Assembly: GCF_001194135.2 (NCBI RefSeq) | Contig: NC_068993.1 | Span: 1,234,629-1,298,628, forward strand | Direction: 5' to 3' | From: Octopus bimaculoides | Taxonomy: Eukaryota | Length of the DNA stretch: 64,000 nt | Shown: positions 63,422-64,000 of the stretch, in pieces | Layout of the letters: every line of letters starts with the position of its first letter | Position numbering within the stretch: position 1 is the first letter of the stretch | Program-made: the position numbers and the translations under genes | The notes under the pieces: model-generated | What the model was told of the DNA's origin: nothing | The model's database searches: none | What the model saw: only the letters and a program-made list of their open reading frames with translations

Positions 63422-63734
63422 GTGTGTATACTCGCACAAAGAATGCTTCATTAAACCAATATGTTTCGAGTCAGATCTATAAACATCCATGTTTCTCGTC
63501 ATATTCATTGAAGTCTACAGTTTTATATTTTCTTCAATAGATTCTTTCTGTCTTTCCTTAGATTCACAACAAAAATGTTTAATGTATTTACTGACATCAA
63601 ATTTTATAGACCACCCACCCACACACCTCCAACCCACCTTTCTGTCCCATTCCAACGTTGCTTGTTCGCTAACAACTTCTATAAATATACATATTTCTAC
63701 ATCACACGAGGACACACTCCGACAAGAAAGTAGC

Positions 63735-63790
63735 CAACATGGCCGCCAGAGCAATAAAACAAACATACGTCATGCAAATTATACGTCATG
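63735..63790. promoter_or_regulatory. YY1-like, octamer and duplicated CRE-like half-site cluster
   Basis: CAACATGGCCGCC at 63735-63747, ATGCAAAT at 63772-63779, ATACGTCATG at 63765 and 63781. Confidence 0.35.
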
Positions 63791-64000
63791 AAAATAATTA
63801 GCAAAGTTACCAGTTGAAACTTGATTATTTTAATAATGATGAGGGTTGATATAAACCTTTATTTTCAATTAATTAGTAATCACCACCCCCATGTATATTA
63901 CATAAGGTAGCTCAAACATTGAGTACATATCAAACACGTTGCTTATATATTCAATGTACTTGGAAATACGCGTCTCTTTATTTCGATCTATCTAATAATA

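Noticed and set aside
7129-63540. Long ORF-track entries containing X runs or poly-YI/CV/HT/SL/K/R/S peptides
   Set aside because: They are translations of N gaps and di- or tri-nucleotide microsatellites, not genes.

Overview
Eukaryotic, AT-rich, mostly non-coding 64-kb window, dense in microsatellites, with about 14 assembly gaps, nearly all bordered by simple repeats. The repeat content (tRNA-derived SINEs with (ATT)n tails, CORE-like SINEs, R4/Dong-type LINE remnants, Penelope-like ends in (TA)n) fits a coleoid cephalopod such as Octopus; this is inference. No protein-coding gene can be named. Nearly all ORF-track entries are artefacts of microsatellites or N-runs. Well-supported features are about 25 SINE or other interspersed-repeat copies, decayed LINE fragments of two clades, and many simple repeats. 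Several orphan exon candidates are listed at low confidence. The best new signals are: (1) a plus-strand hairpin at 45542-45620 with pri-miRNA geometry (33-bp stem, basal UG at -14, CNNC at +16, strand-specific G-U pairs); (2) a minimal type-I hammerhead-like motif in a Penelope-like end at 44606-44640; (3) same-orientation SINE chains, inverted SINE pairs and insertions nested in (AAT)n; (4) compact clusters of CRE/AP-1, CCAAT/TATA, YY1/octamer and X-box-like motifs. All motif and structure calls were made by eye and need computational or experimental confirmation.
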